Positions 63,149 to 64,000 of a stretch of 64,000 bases of DNA are shown in pieces. Source of the DNA: Nitrospirota bacterium (lineage in GTDB: Bacteria > Nitrospirota > UBA9217). Position 1 is the stretch's first letter. Every line of letters starts with the position of its first letter. The notes under the pieces are model-generated. The model had not been told where the DNA came from. It ran no database searches and saw nothing but the letters and a program-made list of their open reading frames with translations. The translations under genes were made by a program, and so were the position numbers. The DNA lies in assembly GCA_963845065.1 (NCBI GenBank), contig CAWJQQ010000008.1, positions 32,001 to 96,000 on the forward strand, in the 5' to 3' direction.

Positions 63149-64000
63149 GCGGGAACTTAACGCCTCGACAATTGCTATATAAATGTTCATCTATATGGTA
63201 TATTTGACCTTAAAACGGCGCTAGGCTATTCAGAAGAATAAAAGCAAGCTTAGCCCCGGGAGGTTCAAAGCTGCCAAAAACCTGGTCAAATACACCCTGA
63301 ATACCACCTTCATGAGTACATAGTTAGCTTAGAAACGCCTGCTGAATAGAAAGCCTGGATCAGGCATTGCCTGACTGTTTCCCGGGTCGCAAAACGCGTT
63401 GGAGAAATCATGGTGCCAAGATGCCGTCACCAACTACGAGCTTAGCAAACATGGTAAACTACGGTTCAAGCGCCGTGGCTGGATGTCTTCCCATGAACGA
63501 AAAAACAATAAGTTCGGTTTCAGATGGTGCGATGATCATGTTGGATGGACCGCGCTTATTCTCCGCTGCATCTTCGACCGCAAAGACAAGCAGGTGCCCA
63601 GGCCCATGCGCTTAGCCATGACGTCAAGTACGTAAGTCTGGTCAAAAAACCATCCGAGGCAATCCCGGCTGGTTTGTCCAACTCGTGCTGAAAGGTCCGC
63701 CAAGATCAAGCCAGAGAATCAGGTTGGCGCTGAAACCATTGGCCTCGATACCGGTCCGTGCAGCTGCCATTGTCTGCGATATCGATGCCCTGCTCCTTGA
63801 ATTCTATCCGGAAGTTGAGATACCGCACAAACGTATAAGGTTCATGCAGCGTAAAATGGACAGAAGCCTTAGGGCCACTAATCCGGGCAACGACAACGCA
63901 AACGGGACTATAAAAACCGGTAAAAGGCAGTGGGTCTTTTCCACCTATACCGTGCTCTTAATGCTGAGTTGGCCGAGCTTTGCCTCATATTATTATAGGA

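Noticed and set aside
63367..64000. Short ORFs and a possible decayed minus-strand gene at the window end
   Set aside because: Multiple stops and no recognisable family.

Overview
Bacterial chromosomal window; gene content suggests an anaerobic, selenocysteine-using Nitrospirota or deltaproteobacterium-like organism (inference only). Bases 1-13.5 kb are housekeeping: def, fmt, DUF116, rsmB, PASTA protein, rpe, a Re-citrate-synthase-like enzyme with a Cache-like tail, radical SAM, pgeF, yggS, proC, yggT, divIVA and yggU, then tmRNA (tag ANNELALAA). A ~23.8 kb accessory island follows, bounded by a 14-bp duplication of the tmRNA 3' end (13965-13978 and 37748-37761), with no recognisable integrase. 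The island carries an acetoacetate uptake/activation pair with a probable OsmC-like selenoprotein, and several unrelated cargo genes each preceded by a degenerate intergenic repeat with fixed 32-bp motif spacing. It also has a sigma-54 activator split by an intact 3.5 kb TGT...ACA transposon (5-bp TSD), two secreted NG[IV]TxF-repeat mini-proteins behind a sigma-54 promoter, a 0.64 kb transposase-less passenger cassette, a GGDEF protein, a RelE-like/UvrD/ankyrin helicase and a DUF4258 TA-like pair. After the island come CIRCE-controlled hsp20 (frameshifted) and hrcA-grpE-dnaK-dnaJ, redox, radical SAM and ECF genes, a second hidden selenoprotein with two in-frame UGAs, LemA/TPM genes and aroK. 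No rRNA, tRNA or CRISPR array was seen.
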